From contig OZ024757.1 in assembly GCA_964016885.1 (NCBI GenBank), forward strand, positions 8,184,001-8,248,000: DNA of 64,000 bases. The letters are read 5' to 3'. The notes beneath the pieces are model-generated. The model was not told where the DNA came from. It worked only from the letters and a program-made list of their open reading frames with translations, and did not search any database. A program made the translations under genes and the position numbers. Shown here in pieces: positions 49,825 to 61,593 of this stretch (positions are counted from its first letter, which is position 1; every line of letters begins with the position of its first letter). The DNA is from Eledone cirrhosa (Eukaryota).

Positions 49825-50820
49825 TAGTGTTTAGACTTGTGATGTACTTATATTGACAGAATCTTCCTTAGTATATGGGCAGTTCCCATTAGTACTATCT
49901 TTTGTATTTCTCCTATACGCGGGTTTCCTGGGATTTGCGATAATTAATCATTAGTCCCCTTTGGTATCATTCCCAGAGCGCCTACAACCACTGGTATTGT
50001 TTTAGTTCTCAATTTCCACATTTTTCCAATTTCTATCTCCATGTCCTTATACTTGCTCAATTTTTCAAATGTTTTTATAGATACATTCTTGTCTATTGGA
50101 ACAGACATATCAATTAACAGGCATACCCTCTTTTTAAAGTCCTTCAATATTATATCAGGTCTATTTGCATCTATTTTTCAGTCTGTTTGGATGCTAAAGT
50201 TCCACAAGATTGAGATGTGATCTTTTTCAAGTATGGGAGGTGGTTGATGCTCCCACCAATTCTTTTGATTGGGCAGGTCAAAATGCTTACACATTATACA
50301 ATGTATGTATTGTGCAGCTCTGTCATGCCTGTTTAGGTATTCGGTTGGAGCTATAGGACTGCACATTGAAATTATATGGTCAATGGTCTCTGGTTGTTTT
50401 TTGCATACAGGGCATAATGGGCTGCACCCATTTTTTATTATGTTGGCTTGGTAATTTTTTGTTGGCAGTCACTGATCTTGTGCTGATATAATCAGTCCTT
50501 CAGTCTCCGATTTCAGTCCAGAGGATGCCAACCACTGATGGGTTAAAGTGTTGTCAACATCAGGATTGTTAGCTCGCTCTGCGTATTTTCCATACAGAGG
50601 CTTTTCTTGCCATTTCTTAGCCAGTTTCTGTAGCAGTTCTTTCTTTGCAGTTACTTTTACCTGCTTTGCTTTTTCTGTGTTTTCCATTTCAGCAGTAAAT
50701 GGGACTTCTGAAATTTGTAGTCCATTACTGTATCTTTGTGCATCTTTTGTAATGGAATATGATCTTTTGATGCTTTCGTGTTTCAAAACGAGTTTGATCA
50801 TCCAATCATGTGATTCCCTT
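49825..50820 (-). mobile_element. Dong-B fragment lacking the extreme 3' end
   Basis: RLE region match; no (ATT)n at left junction. Confidence 0.93.
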
Positions 50821-50837
50821 ATTATTATTATTATTAT

Positions 50838-51077
50838 TTGCATTTATCTTGCTTTATGTTTATACGAGTTATCACCAAGTCACAACCAGTGACCTCAAGA
50901 GACAACAAGGTCCGCCATGTTCAAGAAAGAACATACATATTCACACATGCATCCTTAGTGTTTAGACTTGTGATGTACTTATATTGACAGGATCTTCCTT
51001 AATATATGGGCAGTTCCCATTAGTACTATCTTTTGTATTTCTCCTATACGCGGGTTTCCTGGGATTTGCGATAAGTA

Positions 51078-51079
<2 letters not shown>
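50838..51079 (-). mobile_element. Dong-B short 3' fragment
   Basis: 3'UTR and ORF end between (ATT)n tracts. Confidence 0.93.
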
Positions 51080-51112
<33 letters not shown>

Positions 51113-51134
51113 CATTATTATTATTATTATTATT

Positions 51135-54100
51135 GAATGCTATAGTTGACGGAGGCTCGGCTCTGTAAGGTATTGCAAATTTTGAACGCTATAACAATTG
51201 TAAATTGTTAAAATTTTACCAACTTGTAGACAAAAACACCCTCCTCCTCGTGAGACGGGTCTTTCTGCCTGTTATTTGGCCCTTCGGGGTTAAATAACTG
51301 CTTATTAGGGTTTTGTGCCCAATATTTAATTTAAACAAAAAAAAACAACATGGCTACGAAAAAGAAATTTCATAGGTCACTCCCACTCATTCCGACTTCT
51401 TCTTGCTCAATCGTCACTACAGCAGAGAGAAGATTGTCTCTCTCCCTCCCTTCTTTAAATGTGTCTCTCTCCCTCCCTTCTCTTTCGCAAGCGGCGACAG
51501 AAAAGAAAAGTCTCGTGCAAAGCGTGCAAGATTTCTCCACGACAACAACGACGACGAAACAGGTGTGCGGGAAATAAGAAAACCCATTTCATTCGTCTGA
51601 CGTCAGGAATAATAGCAGTAGCAGCCGTAATAACAACAGCAACAGTGACAATGAAAACAACAGCAGCAGCCGCAACAGCATCAGCAGCAGCATAAACAAC
51701 AACAGCATTAGCAGCAGCAACAACAACAACAACCACAGCAACAGCGGCGGCGGCAGTAGTCGTAGTACCTGCAGCAACAACAAAAGTAACAGCAGCTCAA
51801 AACTCAAAACGCCAACTAACATAAGACTGCTAAAAATAGCACAGAAACAATACACAAACACTAAAACGAAATTCCCCAACGCAGTTGGTGATTTCAGAGA
51901 CCTAGGAGGTACTATCAACCGAAGAGTATATTCGGACATACTCATAGAAGAGCCGATGACCAGTAGAAGGGACGATTCAACGGTCCCTTCACCAGACGAT
52001 CAAGTGAAAAGGGATGTAAAATCCATCCCTCCTCTACGAAAAGTACGGTAAGAGGTCTTTCTCATCTTTTCCACTCTATTTTAAACATGACCTCACTCAG
52101 AATAGGCAGCATAAATGCGCGTGGCCTGGGGTCGTCATGGAAGCAGGTTCACCTGCTCAACGACCTCAGGTTACTAAACATAGATGTAGTAGCTAGGGAA
52201 CCTGGCACGGTTGTGTCCTTGATCAATTTAGATCACTCGAAAGCTTTCGATAGGGTCGACCATCGTTACCTAGCGGCAGTCCTGATGGCGGCTGGCTTTG
52301 GGCCCGTCTTCAGAGGCTGGATCACTGCCATGCACAGCGACATCTGCTCTGTGGTGAGAGTGAACGGTCACCTGTCGGAACCGTTCAACATCATGCGCTC
52401 GGTCCGCCAAGGATGTCCCCTCTCGTCCCTCTTGTACGTAGTGACTCTCGAGTCATTACTGCACAAACTGGAGACGTTGAGGGGCATCCCGCGCGAACTA
52501 GGATGCGGAAGATCCGTGTCAGCATATGCGAACGATGTCACCGTAGTGGTGTCGAACGCCAAACACATCGAGGCGATCGGCACTACACTAAGAGAATACG
52601 AAGCGGTGACAGGAGCAATGATCAACCAGGAAAAGTCAGTGGGCCTGCAGCTCGGCACCTGGAGAGGCAGGTCCATGCCGTCCAACAGCGTCATCGGACG
52701 TTGGACGGACGGACCGGTTCAATTGATAGGGGTCTGGTTCGGTCCGGACCTCCAGACGGACAAAAACTGGGACGAGGTGACGATCAGGGTGGCTTCTCTC
52801 ACACAGAAATGGGCGGAGAGGAAGGTATCCCTTAAAGGTCGAGCGGAGGTGGCTAACGCGTACATCGCGTCTGTCATCTGCTACCGCCTGACCGTCGTAC
52901 CTTGTCCTAAGCCTCGCCTGACTGCGCTGGAGCGTTTGCTCTTTCGCTTTTTGTGGAAGGGACGCGCTCCGATGGTCAGGCGGTCCATCTGTTGTCAACA
53001 CCCGCTACGTGGAGGGCTGGGCATGCCGTGGCTGATGATGCGCAGGCACGCGCTCAGGCTACGACATCTCCACCTCCTCCTCGACGGTGATCAGGTGTGG
53101 TCGCCGTTTGCTAGACACGTTTTTCCCCAGCTCCTTTCCTTGACGGAGCTGCAATCCTGGGTCAAACGAATACCGAGAGGGAGCGCCTGGAGACTGGAAT
53201 CTCTTCAGGCGCTCACACCCCTCGACCAATCGGGCAATGTGATCGGTGGAAACTCCACCTCGGCGTTCTATAGAGGATTAGTGGAGGGGAAGAGCGACGA
53301 CGTACTTGGGGAACCTCTAGGCGTCGACGAAAATTAACTAGCCAATCTCTTCGGAAGAACTTTCGGGCCAGGGCCTATGGACAACTTCCAGAAATCTCTG
53401 GCCAGGCAGTGCTACCGAGGAGCCTTGCCAGTTTGGGATAAACTCTACAGGCATGGAGGTGCCGTCAGCCGGGCATGTCCAAGATGCGCGCAGGGCGACG
53501 AAACCGTCCTGCATGCACTCGTCCAATGTCCGAAAATTGCTGACTTGTGGGTTTATGTCGAACACCTGCTGTCGCGTTTAGGACGGATCCGGCTATCATC
53601 TGAGTCCATCGTAAGGATTGCCCCGCTCTCCTATTTTAGCCGGGAAGGGCAGACAGTTTTTATCTGTCTGGTGGCCATGGCGAAAGAGGAAGTATGGTGG
53701 ACACGTTTGAAAGGGCTGAAGACGAGCACTTACCTCTTCGGTGATGCTCTGATTGACTTTTTCAAATTTCATTTGAAAAGGAAAATCAGAGTAGAGAGGG
53801 AAGTGCTCTCTTCCCAGCATTTTGTTGAAAGATGGGTGAGAGAAGCAAGAATGGCCCGAGTGAATGGGCCTACTCTGAGTATATATCTGTAAATTAAAGG
53901 TGGAAAACTGGGAGACGGCACTTGCCTTGGTGGTCAGGGTCACTGTGGCTTTTTATTGGGATTTCTCCACAAATGTCCCTCCGAAGTCTCCCCCCTATTG
54001 GGGAATTTTTCATTGTTATTTTTTGTTACATCCTCTGTTTTTGTTTTTTACACGCAGAAATGCCCATTTGTACCGTCCTGTATTGTCCTGCACTGTCCTT

Positions 54101-54142
54101 AATGTCTACTTTATGTAAAACCTTGTGGTTAATAAAGAAATC
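51135..54142 (+). mobile_element. Tx1-clade LINE with both ends but internal deletions (non-autonomous)
   Basis: Short degenerate ORF1 (51350-52051); ORF2 jumps from NIDVVA to REPG; C-terminal CPRCAQGDETVLHALVQCP; 3' end aataaagaaatc. Confidence 0.93.
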
Positions 54143-54168
54143 ATTAGTATTATTATTATTATTGTTTT

Positions 54169-57100
54169 TATTCCTTGAATCTCAGTTGGTTAACTGGAAA
54201 GTCCGTTGGAATGAATATCAAGCCACTACCTGCAGCCTCAGATATTCAGGACGTATCGGAGGGTTCTTGCTGTTCCCAGCAAGCATGCCTCTTGAAGCGT
54301 TCCAAAAAGCGTGAAGGGGCCGATTTTCTTTAACCATCCCTGGAAACTTTTGGAGATAGTCCCTAGTGCGCCTATGACAATCGGGATCACTTTGACTTCA
54401 TGGCAGTTCCAAATCCTTTTCACCTCCCACTTTAGGTCCTGGTATCGGTTAATTTTCTCCTTCTCCTTCTCTTGCACTCTCGTGTCGAATGGGCAGGCCA
54501 CATCCACAATCAGACACGATCTTTTTTCTTTGTCCACAACCACCAGGTCAGGTCTATTGTGTTCCAGTTTCTTGTCCGTCTGTATCCTAAAATCCCACAG
54601 CACCTTCACCTGATCGTTCTCCGTCACCGCCTCTGGCCTATGCTCATACCATTTCTCAGAATGTGGTAAATTGTTCACTTTGCACATGTGCCAGTGGATC
54701 ACCCTGCCCATCACATCGTGTCTCCAGCCCTTATAGTGTGTCTGGGATAGGTGTTTACACTCGGATACAATGTGAGCCACAGTCTCCTCTCTCTCTCCAC
54801 AGATCCTGCACAGTGGGCTAGCCTCCTCCTTCTAAATGTGGTGTTTCAACCACTTCGTTTTGTGGGCCTGCTCCTGCGCAGCCATTAACATTCCTTCTAT
54901 AGCCTTTTTAAGGTCTCCTCTTTTCAACCAGTTCCACGTCTGTGGATCTCTAAATTCATTTTTCTCAAAGAAGGTATTATGAAGGATTTTTCCTGAAAGC
55001 TGCTCTTTCTCCTTGATGTTTTTTCCTCCTTGGACATCCCCTGGCCTATTGTCCCCTCCTTCAGTACAGTTCTGAGCATTGGCTCCTTACTATCAGTCAC
55101 GTATTTGTGTAGGTTGTTTTTCTCCATCTGAACACAGTCCTCTATGCTGATAAGACCTCTTCCACCCTCAGATCTCCTTAAGTAGAGTCTATCGACATCA
55201 CTCCTCTTGTGGAACATGTTGTAGATAGTCAATAGCTTCCTAGTCTTCCTATCCATTTCTTTTTGTTCAGCAACATTCCATCTCAGAATTCCCGCACTGT
55301 ACCTAATAATAGACACAGCTCGGGAATTTACTGCGCTTATGGCATTTCTGCTGTTCAGATGTGACTTCAATACGCTCCTTACTCTCCGAATGTATTCAGT
55401 TCTTAACAATTCCTTCATTTTTTTGTTCTTTATGCCATCAGCCTCCAGAACTCCCAAATACTTGTATCCTTCCTCAGAGTCAATTTCCTTTATCATCTCA
55501 CCTGTTGGTATCTGGATTCCGTTACTTCTGCTCAACCTACCCCTCCTCATCACAATGACTCCACATTTACCAACACTAAACTGCATACATATATCACTGC
55601 TGAAAATACGGACAGTGTCAACAAGCACATCCAACTCCTTCTCACTCTTCCCGAAGAGCTTAAGATCGTCCATGAAGAGGAGGTGATTGATGGTAAGCTC
55701 TCCCTTTCCCAACTTGTATCCTGCTCTCACTTTTCGCAGCACAATGGTCAAGGGCATCAGGGCAAGGACACACAACAGAGGGGACAGGCTATCTCCCTGG
55801 AAGATACCTCTCTTGATCTTCACGCTTCCCAAGGATTCTCCAGTTGATGTCAACTCTGTCTCCCAGGACCCCATACTCCTGCCCAGCAACTGTCTGATGT
55901 TATCTGCCACCTTGAAGATCTCCAGGCTTTTGGTGATCCAAGAATGAGACACCATGTCAAATGCCCTTCTGTAGTCTATCCATCCCATGGCAAGATCAGT
56001 GTGTCTCCTGCAATTCCCCATTACCATCTTATCAATAAGTAACTGGTCCTTTGTACCACGTGACTTCTTTTGGCATCCTTTCTGTTCGTCCGGTAACAAG
56101 TTGTTTGTGTGGAGGTGATGGTAGATTTCCTCAGACACAATGCTCGTCAACAGTTTCCACACTACGGACAGACATGTGATAGGTCTATAGTTGGTAACAT
56201 CATTACCCTTGATTCGGTCTTTCATTATCAAAACTGTGGTACCTTTTGTCAACCACTCTGGCACCTCACCCGACACCAAGCAGTCATTGAACATGGCCGT
56301 CAGCTTCGGGTGGAGGGATGTTAAATGTTTAATCCAATACCCCTGCACACCATCTGGGCCTGGTGATTTCCAGTTGGTTAGTTTTTTGGCCTGCCCCTTA
56401 AGAGTTTCAACTGTGATACTCAAATCAGTTTGTTGGTGTGCCTGTTCACCGATCTCCCTCTGTACTGTCTCAATCCACCCTGCCTGGTCATTATGTCTAA
56501 CATCCTGCTCCCATATTCCTCTCCAGAATGTTTTAGTTTGTTCCGCCCCAGGGATCAAGTCGTTGCCTCTTTCTTTCCCCTCAAGCTGTCCAAACAGCAT
56601 CTTCTGGTTGTTGTCGAACATGCGGTTCTGTTTATACTGACTGACTCTGTTCTCGTATCGCCTGATTTTTGCAGTCTCGGCTACAATGCGTTGCTTCAGT
56701 TCCTCTATGATAATATTTAGCTTTTTCCACCTAGATTTGTACTTTATTTCAAGTCTATTTTTAGTGCCTATGTTTTTTAGTGTCCCATTCAGTAGTGACT
56801 CAAGCTTTCCTATGTCATTCCTCATTTCCTTGATTTGACCACTCAGTCGTTTCTTCCACCAAGGCTCTGCTCTTTCTTGTCTGTTGTTTCCTCTCGCTTT
56901 TATACCAAGTAGTTTCCTCACCGTATTTGCTGTTGCTTTGAGGATATTGTTGCACTGGTGAAGGCTCCTCGCCTCAAGGTATGGGATGACTTTGTTTACC
57001 TTAGCTGTTGTTTCATTTAACTTTTTCCTGTCTACAAATCTTAGGTTCATAGGTCTCCCACTATCAATGTTCAATTCATCTACCACTAAATTTAGGATGT

Positions 57101-58585
57101 CAACCGAATCTTGTCTTAGCCCGTCAGCATTCATCTCCTCAGTGGCCGTATCTCTGTTCCAGGTATTATTTATCTCAGCATTCAGATCATTGTCTGCTTC
57201 GGGTGGTTCCTCCGTTCCCTCAACCTCTTCACCTTCATTTCCCTCTGGCTCGTTTGTCTGGCATATTACACCCTCCATCTCCAAGCTAATCTCTCTGCTC
57301 AGTTCCTCCAGTTCCAGCTCGCTTATCCACCCATTAGTTCTTATTACCCGAGCCTGCCCGGCCAATTTTTGTTCATCTAATGTAAATAGACCAATCTCGT
57401 TCCAGATGTTATGCATCCGTCTCCTATAGCCCCTCTCCTTGGGGTTACTTTTCAGGTAACATTGCATAACAGTTCTATTCAATTATTTCGTCAAGTTGGT
57501 TCTGGCCCCTTTCCTTCTTCGTCTTCCTCCACCGTCAGCAGTATCTGGTTGACAGTCAGGTTCCTGCTGCTGAGCCAGGGGGCACCTGTTGGGTGAGAGT
57601 CTGTCACATGACGTTCTAGTCTCCATTTCACCGTTATTCGAACTGTTTAGGTTCGATATTTAAACACTCTTATCGAGGATCGGCGAATGTATGGTTACTT
57701 AGCCATCTGTGGATTCACCGCCGCCGGTGTTTGCGCCGCTCCAATTGGCGCTTGTGTGGCATTATCACCACGCTGTAGACGAACACAAATAAACAAACAA
57801 ACACACAGGCAGAAAAGACCCCAAAAATGAATAAGCATAAGTTTCATTGTAATGTAGTGTTCGAATGTCTGACTTAGTTTCCCCCCCCCCCCCTCTTCTC
57901 TGTCCGTCCGCTTGTTCCTCTCTTCATTCTTATTTTCTTTACGTTTTTTTTTTTTTTTTTTCTCTGTTTGCTTTTGCTGTGCTGCTTTGGTTTTGTTGTT
58001 TGTTTTTTCTTTTTTCTTTTGAGTCTATTTATATATTTTGATGCCTTCCTCTTTTTTAGTAGTAGGGATTCTATAATGTGGTGGCAGCAGCCAGCTGAGA
58101 GATGTGGTTGACAGTAGCGGCGGTAGCGATACTGAGACAGTGGTGGTGGTGATGTCGATACCGAGGCAGTGTTGGTGGTGATGTGATCGTATTACTGTAG
58201 TGATGGTGTTGTAGCGGTGGCAGCAATGAAGGAGTGGTGGCGGCGGTGATGGGATAGTTGTGGTAATGATGGCAGCAGTGAGTGATGGTGGTGAAATTGA
58301 AATGGCTGTTCTATATAGTGTAGACAGAGGAGGGGGGGGGGTCTTCTTCCATTTATAGCCATTTTCTTTTTTGGATATACAATGTACAATACAAAGTTGA
58401 ATATTTGAATATTTGAGCCTTATAACAATATATTTTGGGTCCGAATTTTTGGGGGCTCAAGCCGGATGCTTTACGTAGCATTTGTACTAAGAGTTGTTAT
58501 TTCACAAATGATTTAAATATGTTAAAAATTCAAAACTTACGGGAGCGATTTCATGACCTTCCACCACCTCGTGCGTCTTCTTCCC
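54169..58585 (-). mobile_element. Dong-A, full-length copy with frameshift/stops
   Basis: ORFs 54924-57482 and 54238-54780; leader matches copy 31343. Confidence 0.95.
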
Positions 58586-58601
58586 TTATTATTATTATTA
58601 T

Positions 58602-61252
58602 TTGCATTTATCTTGCTTTATGTTTATACGAGTTATCACCAAGTCACAACCAGTGACCTCAAGAGACAACAAGGTCCGCCATGTTCAAGAAAGAACACAC
58701 ATATTCACACATGCATCCTTAGTGTTTAGACTTGTGATGTACTTATATTGACAGGATCTTCCTTAGTATATGGGCAGTTCCCATTAGTACTATCTTTTGT
58801 ATTTCTCCTATACGCGGGTTTCCTGGGATTTGCGATAAGTAGTCGTTAGACCCCTTAGGTATCATTCCCAGAGCGCCTACAACCACTGGTATTGTTTTAG
58901 TTCTCAATTTCCACATTTTTCCAATTTCTATCTCCAGGTCCTTATACTTGCTCAATTTTTCAAATGTTTTTATAGATACATTCTTGTCTATTGGAACAGA
59001 CATATCAATTAGCAGGCATACCCTCCTTTGAAAGTCCTTCAATATTATATCAGGTCTATTTGCATCTATTTTTCGGTCTGTTTGGATGCTAAAGTTCCAC
59101 AAGATTGAGATGTGATCTTTTTCAAGTATGGGAGGTGGTTGATGCTCCCACCAATTCTTTTGATGGGGCAGGTCAAAATGCTTACACATTATCCAATGTA
59201 TGTATTGTGCAGCTCTGTCATGCCTGTTTAGGTATTCGGTTGGAGCTATAGGACTGCACATTGAAATTATATGGTCAATGGTCTCTGGTTGTTTTTTGCA
59301 TACACGGCATAATGGGCTGCACCCATTTTTTATTATGTTGGCTTGGTAATTTTTTGTTGGCAGACACTGATCTTGTGCGGAGATAATCAGTCCTTCAGTC
59401 TCCGATTTCAGTCCAGAGGATGCCAACCACTGATGGGTTAAAGTTTTGTCAACATCAGGATTGTTAGCTCGCTCTGGGTATTTTCCATACAGAGGCTTTT
59501 CTTGCCATTTCTTAGCCAGTTTCTGTAGCAGTTCTTTCTTTGCAGTTACTTTTACCTGCTTTGCTTTTTCTGTGTTTTCCATTTCAGCAGTAAATGGGAC
59601 TTCTGAAATTTGTAGTCCATTTCTGTATCTTTGTGCATCTTTTGTAATGGAATATGATCTTTTGGTGCTTTCGTGTTTCAAAACGAGTTTGATCATCCAA
59701 TCATGTGATTCCCTTAGATATGTGGATAATCCAATTGTTGCAGTTTTCAACGCAATGTCTAACTGGATTAACCCACGTCCTCCTTCTTTCCTAGGGAGAT
59801 ATATTCTATCTATGTCTGCCTTAGGGTGATGCATTCTGTGCATGGTTTAGAATTTTCGGATTTTTGTATCGAGCCTACGGATGTCTGTGCTTGACCAGTT
59901 GATGACATTGTAACTGTAGGTTACTACTGGTATGGCAAGCGTGTTTATGGCATCGATCCTATTCCTTGCATTCAATTCCGTTCTTAAGATTGCTCTGACT
60001 CTGCGGTAACATTCCTTCCTTATCCTTTCCCTCATTGTCGAGTGCTTGATTCCGTCTCCTTCACAAACACCTAGATATTTGTAAGTTTGTTCTTGATCAA
60101 GCTCTCTTATCACGTTCCCCCGATCAAGATTAATGTCTGAACTCTTCAGCAGCTTTCCTCTGGTGAACGTTGCTTTGGCGCATTTATCCAGTCCAAACTC
60201 CATTTTAATGTCATCACTGAACTGCTTCACAGTGGATAATAGCCCTTGCAATTGTTCATCATTTTTTGCGAATAGTTTCAGGTCATCCATGTAGAACAGG
60301 TGATTAATGGTTTTGTCATAGACTCTATATCCATGTTTTGTTTCATTGAGCATTTTACTTAATGGTATAAGTGCGATGCAGAATAAAAGCGGTGATAAAG
60401 AGTCACCCTGAAAAATTCCACAATTAATGTTAACTTCTCCAGCTTCCAGTGATTTTGTTTCACTATTCAAAAGGAGTGTCGTTCTCCATGTCCTCATACT
60501 GAATGACAAAAACCTCCTGACAACGGGGGATATTTTGAAAATCTCTAAACATTTTTCAATCCAACTGTGTGGCAAACTATCAAATGCTTTTTTATAATCT
60601 ATCCAAGCAATCGATAGATTTTTGTGTCTATTATGACAATCTTCCAGTATCATTTTGTTAACCAGAAGCTGATCCTTACAGCCATATGAGCCTCGTTTAC
60701 ACCCTTTCTGCTCAATGGGAAATAGGTCATTTGTTATCAGGTGGTCATATGTGTATTCAGTTAGGACTGATGTTAAAATTTTATACATTGTGGTCAAGCA
60801 GGTTATCGGTCTGTAATTTTTGGGATTGTTTGTCTCATCATTCTTCGGTAGCAGGAATGTAATGCCGTTAACTAGCCATGATGGTATCTTTTCTGGCTCC
60901 TTAACTATTTCATTGTAAAGTTGGGCCAACAGCTCATGAGACTCTGTGAAGGCATTTATCCAAAAGTTTTGTATTTTGTCTTTTCCTGGGGATTTCCATT
61001 TGCTGGTTTTTCTTAGAGCCAAGCGCAGCTGTTCAACTGTTATATTTTCCCATGTTTGTTCTTCAAGGTGAGCTGTTTCTTTCATTTGTCTGTCTATCCA
61101 TGGGGCATGTATGTTATGAACTTTTTCTTCGGCCCAGATCTTTTCCCAGAATTCTTGCACTTCCTCCTTGGGTGGTATTGATTTAGCAGTTATTGTTGAC
61201 TTACCAATTTTTCTGTAGAAGTTTCTTTGGTTGTTTTTGAACATATTATTGT
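58602..61252 (-). mobile_element. Dong-B, 5'-truncated; ORF 58743-61244 with one in-frame stop (59847-59849)
   Basis: RT YMDD, CCHC CRVC..HIISMC, RLE. Confidence 0.95.
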
Positions 61253-61260
61253 TATTAACA

Positions 61261-61293
<33 letters not shown>

Positions 61294-61574
61294 GGCGGTG
61301 GATTGGCATTATCGGTAGAGGGTCGGACGCTATGCTTTGAGGTATAGAGTTACGGCCATTGCCATTCTGAGTTCCAATCCCGCCGAGGTTAACTTTGCCT
61401 TTCATCCTTACGGGGTCGATAAAATAAAGTACCAGTAATACACTGGGTAATTTTTGGCCTTGTGCCTAATTTATCCCGCCGAGGTTAACTTTGCCTTTCA
61501 ACCTTCCAGGGTCGATAGAATAAAGTACCAGTAATGCATTGATAGTTGCTGGCCTTGTGCCAAAAGTAGAAACC
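61294..61574 (+). mobile_element. tRNA-SINE plus second partial SINE within an (ATT)n linker
   Basis: ggcggtggattggcattatcggtagag, gagttccaatcc; 3' half repeated. Confidence 0.92.
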
Positions 61575-61593
61575 ATTATTATTATTATTATTA

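Noticed and set aside
23009-57596. Recurrent + strand ORFs (MKGPIFF..., MAFLLFR..., MTLFTLA...)
   Set aside because: Antisense shadows of the Dong-A ORF, repeated only because the element is repeated
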